This document shows positions 39,401 to 52,500 of a stretch of 64,000 nt of DNA, in pieces. Each line of letters opens with the position of its first letter. Within the stretch, counting starts at the first letter, position 1. The notes beneath the pieces were generated by a model. That model was given only the letters and a program-made list of their open reading frames with translations. It was not told where the DNA came from and did not search any database. This DNA comes from Candidatus Omnitrophota bacterium. Lineage in GTDB: Bacteria; Omnitrophota; Gorgyraeia; Zapsychrales; JBAZNR01. The stretch is taken from the NCBI GenBank assembly GCA_041649175.1, contig JBAZNR010000001.1, forward strand, positions 258,332 to 322,331. Reading direction: 5' to 3'. Position numbers and translations under genes: made by a program.

Positions 39401-40496
39401 ATATGTGGCTATCATCAAAAGTCGCCCCAACGGCAATAACCTTTCTGCCTGAAGCTGGATTACCAATAGTTTCATAGAGATAATCATTTGAAGCCGCAGC
39501 AACGGCGACAACACCAATCTCAGCCGCATTGTCAAATGCCTCAGAACAATAATTGTCTGGATCGCCAAAAAGGCCCACAGTAAAGCTTGCCGTCACAACA
39601 TCAAGATGGTCTTCCATATTGTCATCATTGTTGGGATCCACGATTTCTTCAACAGAAAGAGAACAACCTCTAATATAGGCATACAATGTCGCTCCCGGCG
39701 CAACACCTCTTATAGGCTGTCCATCACCAGCGATACCATCACCGGCAACAATGGACGCCACATGAGTTCCATGCCCGTTTGTTAGATCAAGGGCTCCCGG
39801 ATTTCCCCCGGCAACTTTTGCGCAATTTCCGCTTTGGTATTGCTCTATAGTGCAACTTCCAAAATCGGCATGAGTATAATCAATGCCAGTATCTATAACC
39901 GCAACCGTAATACCTGATCCGTCAAACCCGGGATCTTCCCACACGGCTGTTGCGCCGATCTGAGGAGCCGATTCACGCAAAAGAAACCTGGGATCTTCAA
40001 GGATATGGACTTTCTTAACAAAACCTTGTCCTTCAGCTTGTTCCTTCTCCAATCCGGTCAGGTCGATAATAATTCCGTTAGACGCTAAAACAAGATGTTC
40101 TATGTCCCGCTGGCTTAGTGCGGGAACAATAGCGCCTAATTGGGCAACGTACTGATCTTGCATATTCCGAAGATTCTGCGCGTAGATTTGTGCCCTTGAG
40201 TACTGTTCAGACGTACGAGGATACGGGCCTAATTCTAAGGCGGCAGGATGTTCATTAAACTCAATAAAACATTTTTTGATTTCGTCGGGACCCTGCTGGA
40301 CATCTTGCTGAGGAACAATGATTGTCGATTGCGTATTCCAATCAAAGGTTTTTCGGCCTTCCAACGGCGTCAAGGGATAGCGTATCGTCCCCGGAACATC
40401 CGCCGCATGAACAACGGATGGCATGGATATTGAGCTCAATAAAATAACAACAGCCAAGAACCCCAAAAAAACGTTTCGTGTCTTAAAAAACATGGT
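36480..40496 (-). CDS. paralogous secreted S8 subtilase with FG-GAP/VCBS repeats
   Basis: VAVIDTGIDYTHADF, HGTHVASI, GTSMSAPHVAG; FG-GAP motifs DIDNDGRQE, DFDGDSVDD, DSNGDGIDE, DVDGDGYLD, DLDGDGTLE. Same architecture and C-terminal VCVPG..VC motif as its neighbour. Start set at the MFFKTRNVFLGFLAVVIL signal-peptide Met with an AAGGAG SD; the ORF track extends to 40601 and would overlap the giant gene. Confidence 0.8.
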   Translation of the reverse strand, partial: TMFFKTRNVFLGFLAVVILLSSISMPSVVHAADVPGTIRYPLTPLEGRKTFDWNTQSTIIVPQQDVQQGPDEIKKCFIEFNEHPAALELGPYPRTSEQYSRAQIYAQNLRNMQDQYVAQLGAIVPALSQRDIEHLVLASNGIIIDLTGLEKEQAEGQGFVKKVHILEDPRFLLRESAPQIGATAVWEDPGFDGSGITVAVIDTGIDYTHADFGSCTIEQYQSGNCAKVAGGNPGALDLTNGHGTHVASIVAGDGIAGDGQPIRGVAPGATLYAYIRGCSLSVEEIVDPNNDDNMEDHLDVVTASFTVGLFGDPDNYCSEAFDNAAEIGVVAVAAASNDYLYETIGNPASGRKVIAVGATFDDSHIWSDQMIDFSSKGPTMDGSVKPDVVAPGAIICAAKAANTVGWTPCIDGTHVSAWGTSMSAPHVAGMAALLLEQHPGWNPDQIKYAIRNSAIDLGYNVLTQGHGRVSAVAASQEPPPVIVKILKDVDTVDEVSFRTQLISYHDELPGEYQYAFDVGYMGSDPYFQPDDLQDPGQWMTNFHQEGAIVLQAGIPQELLQNPIDKSLLPADGIYLARFRTISAGGYDSTDYHTFLVENARVVSPRSGDVIGRETISFSGSIRINPGYRYMIEYEPYLSSLPYFTSDGITLTQEGLEPVEEGALGNFQTPESLPTGFYKFWIRIYDGNQLRWSKPIAVVRVDQELRSGFPARTIRYASESSEADPVLVIKDIDNDGRQEMSFVSYGLTSGYRRSIHIFGSNGEHENTINYGNTYNYFNHHSLILDDFDGDSVDDFLFQSQSHDSFQNPNELRTKRQDGGHIWSRIFAGGLLNGGFIQDTFFVNTDLNNDRAREIIFAQVNSISPFSKSLHLIDFNGDPVSDNWPKTITACRLPELGPSPLVGNFNSNREDKEIAYVGESEAFCDAGVPLMQLYIFNYDGLSVADPVYFSGASYSTPSSGDSNGDGIDEIFVNTDQGVYRYDPATGITAHLLSGIDCSFSTPALGDVDGDGYLDIVVVSANFEAGEATMFSIYVLHQNGTVLSGWPVHGKFTDFHGAILGDVNGDNQVDVLYSDFEDIGDHYFSSIHAKNYLGQEITGFPKYIEPGTTPGKILTDLDGDGTLELVATSKGLQRSSDDDDAGFDENTDLVPRVSLYAWNLNVPDSSFNHLWPSLRQDQQRRGLYAGIGAPLNFQASRQGPNSASLSWNDALASKYVYAYTAEVASDPQFRHLINGASAIDVGIRNYNYRFSDLSAGWYFTRVGSINRDDRSHVMWSSVKTICVPGGHVVCNDQEDDPLTRYKPVDHIFPEGNMEKFWGYFAGGDPDDWTGSGPVEFCPTCH

Positions 40497-40575
40497 TCTG
40501 CTCCTTTTGCTAAGATGTTGATAAAAACGATCTATAGAAACTTGACGCGCGGACGCGTCAGACTGATTTGATCTG

Positions 40576-43500
40576 CTACAAATGAAGCATTTTTCTGACA
40601 ATTCTTATCTCCTTTCCAAAACTGTTCCCCTGAAGTTGATAAAAATAAACTCTCGGAGGTAAGTCCGAAAGATAAACGGTGATGGGGCGAATGATCACCG
40701 CCGGAAGTGACGGATCCGGAACGAACGGATAAATAGCGAAAACATCTACATAAGAACAACTATCTAAAAGATAACGGCGGATTTGGTTCGTCCGCCAGGA
40801 TAAAAGCGGCGTGTCGTGGTCGGTTGAGTCGAAATCTTGTGAGAAAATATATGAGTCTAAGGAAGATGAATCTTTGAGGGTTTCTTGAGCAGGCGCGATT
40901 TTAAATAGACTTGGATTTTCCTCCGGCGGAGAACGCGCGTCGTGAATATTATCTTTTCCACCTGATACATTATTAAGATCAGCGTTACCATGCCCAAAAA
41001 TTGTCCGCGGGAATAAAATAATAACCGCGGCAACGATCATCAAAAATGTGCCGAATCCACGTTTAAGAATTCTTTGGGGAACATTAGTCTTTATCGGAAG
41101 AGAGTTTGTTCGAGAACCTTGCTCCTTGGCTCCAACCCAGGCATTGTCATCCGTAATGCTTGAAAATGGGATCGTGCCGTTATCATCCACATGATAAAAA
41201 GTTATCTGAGCACCGTTTCGAACAATGCGTTTGGTTTCCACAAGTTTAATATCCCGGGCAACACCTTTTAATAATTCTTGAGCCGGCACAATACGAATAA
41301 GCGTCTTTCCGTTGCGTTCTGAAGATTTATGCACCATATAATCGCGCACGCCATTTTCTAATAGATAAAGTTGGGAAAGAAAATGCGCCAAGGCGATCCG
41401 ATGATCTCTTTTTAACTTTTCAATAAGACAGTTATTGTAAAGACCGAGAAATTCAATAACCGATTTTATGGTGCATGGAGACTGTCGAAAGGAAGGATCT
41501 GATCGAGAAGGGTCATCATCGGGAAAAAGGCTGTTTGCGGAACCAAAATCATTTTCACTGCGGACAAGTCCGAAAAATACAAAACTTAATAAAGAAATGC
41601 TAACTGAAGAAAAATTTTCTATCGGCCAAAGGCCTATCGGCGGGGCGTGGGCCGTTAGAGACAGCCAATCGCCAAGCTGAACAATCATTGTCTCTAACGG
41701 CCCGATCAATACTCCTAAAACAGTTGCGGCGATCATCAAAGGTAAAGCGATAAAACCAGATGAGCGAGGTAAAGAATCCTCCAATAAACTTTTCTTGCCA
41801 AAAAACTTCTTTAATATGGGCCTGAGTTTCTCAAGGACATCAGAAAATTCATTTTCTACCGCGCTTTTTTCAATATCTAAAAGCTTGGCCTCAATTCCAT
41901 CCTTAGACATCCTTTCCCCGGATTTCCTCAGCTTCTTTTTAGCTTCATCTAAATTTTTAGATCCTTTTAAGATATTCAGTATCCATTCTTCAATCAATGC
42001 CCTTTTAAAGCGCTGAAAAAGCTCTTTTGAATCATGGCCTGATTCAAGCGCAAGGATAATACCGGGAATACGGCTATCACGCAAAGCCTTATAGGACATG
42101 GAAAATACCTGGGCCGTTTTTCTTTGGTTTCCGCGTTTTTTCTGCAAAACTGTTATGATTTTCTCGATAAAATCGTGGCTAATAATTTTCTTCCGGCGGA
42201 TCTTATCCTCTTCAGCGCTCTTCGAATTTTCCAATGCCTTGTTCAAACTTTCAAGGATCTCTTGATTATTCGCAGATACTGCCTTCTCGCGAATGGTAGA
42301 AATCCTGCGGTCTAAACTTTTTTTTGCTATATTTAAAGTTTTGGCTGCTTTTCCTCGATCTCCCCTCGCATCTTTTAAAGCTTTTATAGTTTCTTCTGTA
42401 CGGGACGGCAACAAGACTTTCTTTTCTGTCTCTAATGCTTTAGCTAAACGATCAAGAACCTCTTTTTGGCCTGCTTTTACAACTTTTCTACGAAGCTTGG
42501 GGATTCTATCGCGCAAACGCTCAAGAGGAATGTTAAGTGTTTCAGCCGCTTGTTTTTTGTCTCCTTGAGCAGCTTCTAACGCTTTTAAAATATCTTCCGA
42601 ATAAGACGGTAATGCTACTTCTCTGCTTCTTGCTTCGCCTATAGAAAAAGCAAACCGCCCAAATAACAACTCTAATTTTTGAGAAAGCATGCTATCGGAA
42701 GATTCTTTGGCAAAATCATCCAATCGTAATAAAAGCCTCCCTAAGCATTGCAGTGGAACCTGAAGGTTTGAGGCCGCCTCTTGCGCGCTTTCTGATATTT
42801 CTAAGACACTGACAATGCGCTCAGTATAAGTTCCTATAGAACAAATCTCTTGTAGACGCCGCTCATAGAAAAACATATGATACTGAGAAACTGCCGCTTT
42901 AAATTCGTTTAGCTGTAAATAAAATATCTTTTTACTGATCTTATAGCCGCTTCGTTGTATGGCTTCTTCTTCATCACCATAGGATTCTTTTAATTTATCC
43001 AAGAATCTTTTGACCCGGTCCGGGCACAATATTTCACTTAGCTGCTCTTCAATACTTATAGCTGTTTTCTCCCATTCTCCACCTTTATCTTTTGCTTCCT
43101 GCTCAATATCTTCCAACCATTGAATAAATTTTGTCGTAGAAATACCGTTTTTCGCATTGAGCAAATTATAAAAACGCTCCCGGCGTGATGCTGATTTTGC
43201 GTTGATCCTCTTTGCAACAGACAAGATCCTTTGCGATTTCTCTTGAAAAGACATTGCCTCGGCAGAAACACTAGCTGTCTCATCGCTTAATGAAGATCTT
43301 AGATATCTTCGCAATTCATCTAATGAAAAGACTCTTGCGATAAGCTTTAAACTTTTTAATTCCCTCCAATGCTCTTGATCAACTTCTGCTTTGGCAGAAT
43401 TAAACAGGATCACTCGCAACAATACATCGAAATGATTCTTAACAGCCTTACAAAACTGAGGAAATTCTTCCGTATGGAACTTCTCATATTCAAAGTCCTG

Positions 43501-46500
43501 GATGAATCTTCTCCACAAATAATGCATCGAAAACACGGTTCTTTGAGATTCCGCCTTCAAGGCCAGGTCACAAATCCAATAATAAATTTCTGTATACCGG
43601 GCAAAAACCCTGTCGTACTTAATAAGCGTCTGGCGCAAAACCTTCGCGCGGGCTTCATTATCTTCCTGGATTGAATTTATCAACTCTTGCGCTTTTTCTC
43701 CCGACAGAGGATTGTCGTTATGATCTTCCGCGATTTTCTCAAAGGGAGAATTTCTTAGGCTGCGCCAAATCACTTCATCTTCCAGACATAGTATTGATTT
43801 TGAAAATCCCGGATCTCCCTGACGTGCCGTGCGATTAAATAATTGTTGGTCTTGGCGCCCAAACTTATTAGGTTCTGCCTGAATCACGACAAGCCCGCCC
43901 ATTTTGGAAACTCCTTCGCCTAATTTAATATCTTCTCCACGGCCCATCATGTTTGTCCCGACGGTAACCATCTTCTTTTGCCCGGCAGTAGCCACAATAT
44001 CAGCTTCTTGCCAAGCGTTAATGCCGTTTAGGACTTGGCAAGAGATCCCGTTCGCATTTAACAGCGCTCCTATTTCATTGGCTGTTTCAATATAACAAAC
44101 ACCAATAAGCACAGGATTTCCCTTAGCGTGCCATTTTTTTATTTCCTTAAGAACTTCCTCATATTTCTTTTTCTTTGTTCCATAAATCACCACGCCTAAG
44201 TCAGTCCGGCGGCAAGGCTTATTACGCGGGATAAAAGATGTCTTTAAGCCATAGTATTTCTGCAATTCATCCTGCTGGCGGCCAATACTTCCGCTCATTG
44301 TTGACGCTCTCTCGGCAACAGATAAGAAAAAGTGATGCTGCGTCATAATAAGCGCCGGGTCATATACTTGCGAAACGGGCAAATGCTCTTTTGTTTCAAT
44401 AAATTGATGAAGTTGTAAAGCCCAAATATGTTCCGGATGAAGCCGGCCCGTATATTCGTCCACGATCACGATCCTGCCATTTTGCACAACATACTCTTTT
44501 TCTCTGCGATAAAAATAATGGGCTTCTAGCGCCACAAAAATAAGCCGTTCAAAATATTCCTGCAAAGCTTTTTTTCCCTTGGGTGTGAGCAAAGCTATTT
44601 GCCGATAATCTAAGCGATAATGAACTCCCTTTGCTAATAAGGATTTATAAATATTGTTACGCGCCATTTCGACGGGATCTTCCTCTTCCTTTTGCTGATG
44701 GTCATTTTTGCTGATCCAGGAAATGACCTTGACAGTGTCGCGAAACCACGCATGATCGATATATTTCACGATAAAATTTTCTACCAGCTTTGCGCGCGCG
44801 TTTTTTCCTTTCTCGGTAAATCGGACATGCTTTGTAGCCGGATTTAAAATGTAATCTTCCCCCGGTAAAAGCCTATTTAAGGATTCCTGATAAAGGATCT
44901 TGTAAAAAGCACCCATATCCCATCCGTCTTTGACCGTCGTTATGATAGGCTCAAAAGCATTATCAATAAGTGTTTCATCGCCTTCATCAATAACGACAAA
45001 AGAAATTTTTCCGGGCCGGCGTACTTGTTGCTGCGCGTCCGTAACTAAATGATCTCGTTCTATATCGTACACAAACTCATCATTAACGCCGTAAGTGATA
45101 TCTGCCGCGTAGGCTTGCTTTCGATAAAGCCGCAGATTCTCTTTTTTGTTGTGTCCATTGCCATTTCCATTCCCATTTTTAGGAACTTCTAAGGGGCGTA
45201 AATTTTTATAATGCGCGCTGCCGTTTTGATAGGAAGGATCGAAAAGGTACGACTGGCCCCTGACAACAACACCGACGCTTAATCCTAAGAAATGATATAT
45301 GCCGCCCATATCATGAGCATCACGCAAGGCAAGATTTTCTTTAACCGTTGCCACATAGACGCCTTGCTCTTTTAAAGCATTTAAGTAAACAGCCGAAACG
45401 GCCGCTAATGTTTTCCCTTCGGAAGATTCCATCTGGATAGCGCGGCCTTGATAAAGTTGAAAGGCCGCCAAAAGCTGAACATCGTAAGGGCGCATTCCCG
45501 TTACCCTGAAAGCCGCCTCACTGACAACCGCAAATGCTTTCGGCAAGATCTCCTCCAAGCTTCCTCCGTTTTTAAGCCGCAGACGAAATTCTAATGTTTT
45601 GGCCCGCAATTCTTCGTCAGAAAGACCTCCAAGCTCTTTTTCAAGTTCTCTAATGCCGCTTAACAAGAGATTACTAAAAAGAACCTCATTTTCTGAGGGC
45701 AAATTATTAACATCCATAACCTTCGAGAGAGAAAGCCCAAAGTTTTTAGCCAAAACATTCACCACATTTCTAGCAATGCCTAATTCTTTGGCAGAAAGCG
45801 TTCGGTTATTCTTATTTCTCCAAAGTGCGCGTATGCCTGCCCACTCTTTAAGCTCTTCCAGCGCCAAATACAGCGTTGGCTCATCTAAAATAGCGATGAA
45901 ATTCTCTTGTGCTTGCCGCATATCACCCTCGGAATAATTTTTCATCAAAATCCTTATACCTCTTGTGCTTATCTTTAACATTTTTGCGGCTTCGGTTTTA
46001 TTGCGGCCGGCCGCTAAAAACGCGTGAAGAACGGCTCTTTTCTTGATTTCATCCCATGTTAAGGCATCGTTTTTAGCAATGTTCAAATACGGCAATATAA
46101 AAATAAAATCATGAAAGGTGTTTTGGTTTATTTGATATTCGGCTATTTTTTGATCTAAATCTTCCTTTGACAGTCCTAAGTTTCTTGCCGCATTTTCTAT
46201 ATCACCGCCGCATTTCGCCAATGCAAAAAGAATTTGTTTTTTCTCTTTTAATGTCAATTCTGCGACGGGGTCTGATTCTTCTCGGTCTTTTTTTGATCTT
46301 TTGCTAACCGCCAAAACCGCGGCGGCAAAAACCATCTCCGTTGGGGCGTGAGGAAAATAGCCAAACACCGTGATCAAGATAAGAACCGCGCCAAGAGGAT
46401 AAACAAGGTTGTAAATCCTCTTTTTCTTTAAAATAGAATAGATCCTCCCCCGAAGATATCTCTGCAGCATAATGGGGTAAAGATTGCCGAAAATATTAAA

Positions 46501-49500
46501 GATCCCTAAAACAGAAAGTAAAATCATTCCCGCTATTTGAATAATTCCTGTTGTCAGCAAACTTACGGCCAATAATCCGCCCATGACAGAAAGCACGATC
46601 AAAGAGTATATGTAGTGGATCGTTTCCATTTCCCTGGTTGTTGTCTCTTTTCTTTTTAATGCCTCAGCGGAGAAGTGATCGACAAATACACTCGGCGGTA
46701 ATTTCTTAATATCTCTCAGCAGCCATTTTCTAAACATCTTGATCCCGAGAAGCTCATATAGTTTGCCGCTTCGTTCGAAGAATTTCGGCTTAAAAACAAA
46801 CTCAGCCCGACGAGGATCTTTTAAAAATACATTCACTAAAGATGTGGAGAAGTAGGAAATCACAAGAACACCCGCAATCAAGATGAGAGAAGCTATCCCA
46901 ATAAGAACGGCCGATAAAGAAATAATAGCGAAGGATTTAGAGGAAAGAATGGTGGTGGCAAGAAATATCGTGGAATTCATCGACCCAGGGGCGAAATTTC
47001 CAAACAGATATTCCAGCATTCCCCAAAGTACCACAAACCCTGTAAGCCCAAATCCGATCCAGCCGTGAAGCTTTTCTCCATCAAGCTCTTTTAAAGAATC
47101 GTCTTCTTGCCGAGAATGAATATCCTCAAGGATGTTCTTTAAAGGTTGATGAACTCTTTGGACAGAAATAATTTTTGGGCGCAAGTATGGTATTTCTCTC
47201 AATACTGCGACACTCAGCCGAGGAGAAAAATTGCCCACTTCAAAAAAAAGATTAGTTCGGATATTGCGAAGTGCTAAGCCCCCGATATACGCACTCTTGC
47301 TCTTACCTAATTTTATGCCTGGCCTCATCACTTCAAAAGTACTACCATTCGCCCCATTAAGCACATCACCCATTTGCAAATCTTTAAGTAAAAATTGATC
47401 AGCAGGAATAGTGAGGGTTGCCATTTTTTCTTCTTGTGAAGGAGAGGAAGGAGCCTGAGCCAAAGAATTTACCGGAGAAACACTTACTACCGCTGTTAAA
47501 ACTGCGGCAGAGAAAATAAAGCGTGGGTTGAGATATTTTATCGGTGGCGCCTGGGCGAAATGGCCGAAGAGATATCCCAAAACTCCCAACAATCCTACAA
47601 ATCCAAACAACACCCAGCTGCAAAGTGCGGTTTCTTGGGAATCTAATACAAAACCTTTTGTTTGTTCTTTAGCTGACTGAGATCTATCAAGGGAACTCTT
47701 CCGAGCAAGGGCATGACCGGCTAAGACAATAAATTCGCCATTTCCCACCGGGAAGAGCAGTTTATTAGCTATGAAAATGTAAACTGCTTTTTTCATGTGC
47801 TCTGTAGATTTAATGATTTCCAACGAGGCTTTATCCAAGATTCTTTCCAAAGTTAACCGCGCCCCAATACCTGCCGCAAGGCAACATCGTTCTATTTCTT
47901 GAAGATCAACCAATACAAATTCGCCCAACGTCCCTAGTGCTTCTTTTGAGTTAATTTGAAATCTTTTTTGGAATCTGGAAATATATACCGCAATCTCTTC
48001 TGGAGTAAGAAGTTTCTCCCATGCCCTATCGGGTAGCGTGATAGACGAAACATGTTTTAGACGCTTAAATTCCCCGTTCATTCCGGGAAGAGCTAAAATT
48101 AAAATTCCATTGCGTTCATATCGAAATATAAAGCCGCGCTTATAGCTTAACGCCCCTAATATTTTTTTGATGGTTACGACAGAATTGATCATCGACAACG
48201 GCACTTGATCATAAACGATAAAAGTATTTTCCGTAAGGCCGTTAAAATAGATCGATAGCATGTCGACCCAAAATGATTCAAAATTGTCTAGGATTGGCTG
48301 GCTTTGTTCTCTGGAAAAACCCCAAACTTCAAGATTACGGATAAGTTTTTCATCTTCCCGCAAAAAAAGCGCAGGAACACTATTAGAAACACTTTGTGGA
48401 CGACTTGCTGAGCGTTTACTTTTTCCGGAGGATCGTTTTGAAGATACTCTATTTTCTTTCTGACTACTCTTTCTTAGAACATCATCTTCGTAAATCTTAT
48501 TCTTAATATCTTCCAGCAAGTGTTGTAACTCGCGGATACGAACCAAGAATCTTAAATCATCAATACCTTGGCTTAAAGGATCTAGTTGCGACAATGCCAT
48601 CTCGGCATCTTTATGATCAAAGTATTCTTGATAAATTTCGATAAGCGCCTTGGTCTTTGAGCGTAATTTTTCTGCATTCGCATCAGGAAAATTTTTCTTA
48701 GGAGCCCGCAAAGCAATCCATTGACTTAAACGTACGTCTCTGGTTTTTGTCGGTTCCTTAAAAACCGGAATGATATTCTTCAAGTCCCTAGCAGGAGGCA
48801 CCTGCCGACCGATATATGGATCAATTAGGTCTAGTAGCGCCTTAAACCGTGAGCGTGGCAAAGTTTTAAGGAAGAACTCGGGATTACTATCAATAAGCTG
48901 AGCAATTTGACGTGATGTAAATCCAAAAAGGCTTAAAACAAGATACAAGAAATGGAGGAAAACGACAGACTCTAAAAACCTTTGCTTGGTCCAATTTGAA
49001 ACCCGGTACCAATACGTGCGGCTAAAAGAAACCCCGTAGTTTTCAGGAATACGCATCCGTTCTAAAATCTCTTCCGGTAACCGAAGCCTTTCCCAAACAA
49101 CATCCGGAACAGGCCCAATATATTCCGCATCATCTCGTCCGGATAGAACAGATTCTTTTCCCGCCTTGTGCTGCGCCTGTATTTCTCGTAATTCTTTCCG
49201 AATCCTGTCTTCCTTATAATTAGATATTATAAGAGCAGAGATGGGCATTTTGAATTCATCCTGAAATATTCTTGCCTTCCTTAAATATTCCGACGGAGAA
49301 ATCTTTCTTTGGATATATTTCGGAAGTCTATGATATTCAATACCGCGGGCACGTAATTCTCTTAAAGCCGCCGGACGCCCGCTATTGCTCATTTCTTTGG
49401 CTACGCGCATTTTTTTGTTCTCGATCAAAAGAAGCCTTTGGCTATGCGCTGGCTCTGCAGCCAAATCACACCGTAACGGTTTAAATTCAACGACTAAACT

Positions 49501-52500
49501 CCGCAAAGGCCTATTTTTTAGAGTTCCAAAATCAGCCTCGGTAGCCAATCGAAATACCGCCCAGGCATATTCACCCGGATTTCCTAAAGAAAAGCTTAAT
49601 CCTTCAATGCCCTTACACCAAAGGCATGTTCCTAATTGCTCATGCTGGGCTTTACGCAATTTAACTAATTCCCTAGAGGGAATCGCCTTGGTAAATTCTT
49701 CAACGTATAAACGTAATTCGGATTCTATTTTCTCATGGGAAGGAGTTTTGCATAAACTTAACCCCAAACTCTGACAACGCGCGCGAACTTGATAAGGCCA
49801 TTGTCTTTTTCTTAAACCATCAAATGCTTTGATCATTTCTGTTGCCGTCGGAAATCTTTCATGAGCAATCGTTAAGGATTGATGAGCCGTACGGTATTCT
49901 TGATCGGTTGTCACCGATCTTCTTGTGCTTGTTTCCTGTTTTACCGTCGCCCACGCCATACCCAAGGGCGCGAAAAGAGGCAAAAACGCAAATCCGTGAA
50001 GCTTTTCTTCCGTCATTCCCTCAACCGCTTTTTCCCAGTAATCAAAAGAGTCCCCGATAACATCAGAATAAGATTCATTCAGTTTCTTAAGTGCCAAAAA
50101 TAAAGCTGTTGCCTGATCATTTAATCCAACTAAACGTAATGATTCAAGGATTCGCGTAAGGCGTAGAAAATTGTCATTCGGTGAAGATAGCCAAACACGG
50201 CTTCTATTCTTAAATCCCGGGCTATGGACGACGCGCAGGCCATTTTGACTGTTTCTTAAGGCAAGCCCATAGAAGGAAAGCATGACCTTAAGGGATCGGA
50301 TCATATTTGATCTAAGGTTTTGACCGATTTTTGTATCGGCACGAAAAGTATCGGCAGTTTCCCGGGTTAAAACAGGAGGAACAACCTTTTCTCCTAGGTT
50401 ACGGCCCATGATTTCCCACACAAAAGCACCAAGGCTTTTTGTAGGGAACAATAACTGTATAAAATTGTGGTCTTCTTCAAGCTGCTCATGGCTAAATCGC
50501 CAAATATCACGAATATATCTTCCTTCGTGGTCTGTTCTTCTTCCCAAATAAAAATCAATCAGTTTGTCATTGAATCCTGTAAGCGGCCATGAGTCATCCC
50601 CCACCGTTCCTAGGGCCGGCAAGCAGAATAAAAGCGAAATAAACGGTAGCCCGAAACAACAAAGAGCTTCCGATACAATTTTCCTGTTTTCCAACACCAC
50701 AAATTCTATTTTCCGTGCCGTGATGACATAATATTCCGTCGGGAAACCTTTGCTGTCGTAAACCTGCTTAACGGTAATGCCGCTATACCTTTGAGATCGC
50801 TCAAAATAGTGTAAAACTAAATTTATCCTTTCTTGGGCAGAGTGATGATCATTCCACGTTTTAGTTCTTGCTGAAGGATCGGAACGGTCGTCAAAAACAA
50901 CAGCAAAAGGCGCGCCAACTTTTAAAATTCGGTTAACCTCTCTAAAAAATCTCCTCGGCTGTTTAACATAGGCAATGCCGTTTTTCATCAATACGCCCGA
51001 AGCGTAATCATTCGCCAGTAATCCTAGCCCCCGATTGACATCAAAAACAATGCCTTGGGTGAGCCTTTGATTTGCGCGTAATTCAACTTGATTTAACCCG
51101 ATGCCAATAAATTCTCCCTGAAGAGTGCGCGGAAAATATGTCTTAGCGCCGCTCATCAGGTCAACAAAAATAGGTTTTTTGATCCGATGATCATTTTTAA
51201 AAATACTCATTAAGGCATGTTCAATGGCGATCTCTTGTTCAGTATTGGTATAACCGATCAAATTAGGCTTCTGCCAAACGGAAGATAGGTTTTCTACCGT
51301 CCCCCACAGCCCAAACGGCAAGAAACAAGCAAGATTATTTTGTTTCTGGAAAATATAAGCTCCATTTCTTGCCCCACCGTAAGCAGGGCCGTTATAACCA
51401 AAAATAGCCCCCTGTCTTTCTAACCCCAAAAGAACACCATCTTGCACCAAGGTTAGTAACCCGCGTGCGCTACGCTCCATAGCCCTGTCGCTATCAAGAA
51501 TGACAAATCCTCCGGGCCTTAAGAACTCTTCAATAAGCCGAGCTGATAAAAGGAATTTTCCGTCTCTAATATAAACATCACCGGCTTTGATAATGATAAG
51601 ATCAACCCCTTGGGACGCTTCAAGATGACTTCGATAGGAATCAACGGCTAAACCATCCGTTTTTTCAACAAAGATCAAAGAACGCTCTTTTCCCTGCAGC
51701 ATAAAATTCAAACTGAAAGTACCCGCGTGGTGGCCGGTCGAATTTAAATCAATATCAGTCACACCGCTTGCCCTTAGCTCTTTCTTTAAAAATGGCCATA
51801 TCCCTTGGCACATCCACAACAATTCATTCGAGATAAAACCCATTCGGCTTTTTTCTATTAAATACAATTCGATGATCTTATCTTGGTGTATGGCGCAACG
51901 CGGATCAATATCATCCATCTTGCCGCCTGTTAGCATCATCATAAGCTTGATCATCAAAAAATATTGAAGAAGCTGCTGTTGTTGCTCTTGAGAAACTGCA
52001 TTTAGATTTGTGTGAAACGGAAGTTTTTCGATAAAAATAAATTTGGCGGCATTGGTCGTAACCCAAGCTGTAGAAAAATCAGCGGCCGGCCCGATCAAAA
52101 GCGCCACTCTTTGTTCATTGTCTCTCATGGTTTCTGCGCTGTTAACAATTTCGCGGATACGGCTCATGTATCGGAAATTCAACTCTCCGCCAACCAACAT
52201 TTCCACGGACCAGATTGCCGATGATCGATCACCGCTTCTATTGCCCACCGTCGCCCACACTAAACCTAGCGGCAGACAGGCCGACAGTATAAAGCAGGAA
52301 AGTTTTTCTTGCTGTGCCGGCGAAGCGGAACTATCAGCAAAAAATTCATCCCAACCGCTGTCCATCCAATCGGCCTTCTGAATTAAACCAAATTTAGCGA
52401 CAATTTCTCCCTTTAACTCACGCGTGCACATGTTTAAGTTAACGCTCATGCTCCCGCTAGAATGAACCACGGTTGTTCCGACGCGTTGTGAGATTTTCTC

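Noticed and set aside
36480-40601. The ORF-track start of the second S8 protease at 40601 (MSEKCF...) would overlap the end of the giant ORF by 26 nt.
   Set aside because: An internal Met at 40496 has an AAGGAG SD and directly precedes a textbook signal peptide, so the upstream extension is probably not translated.
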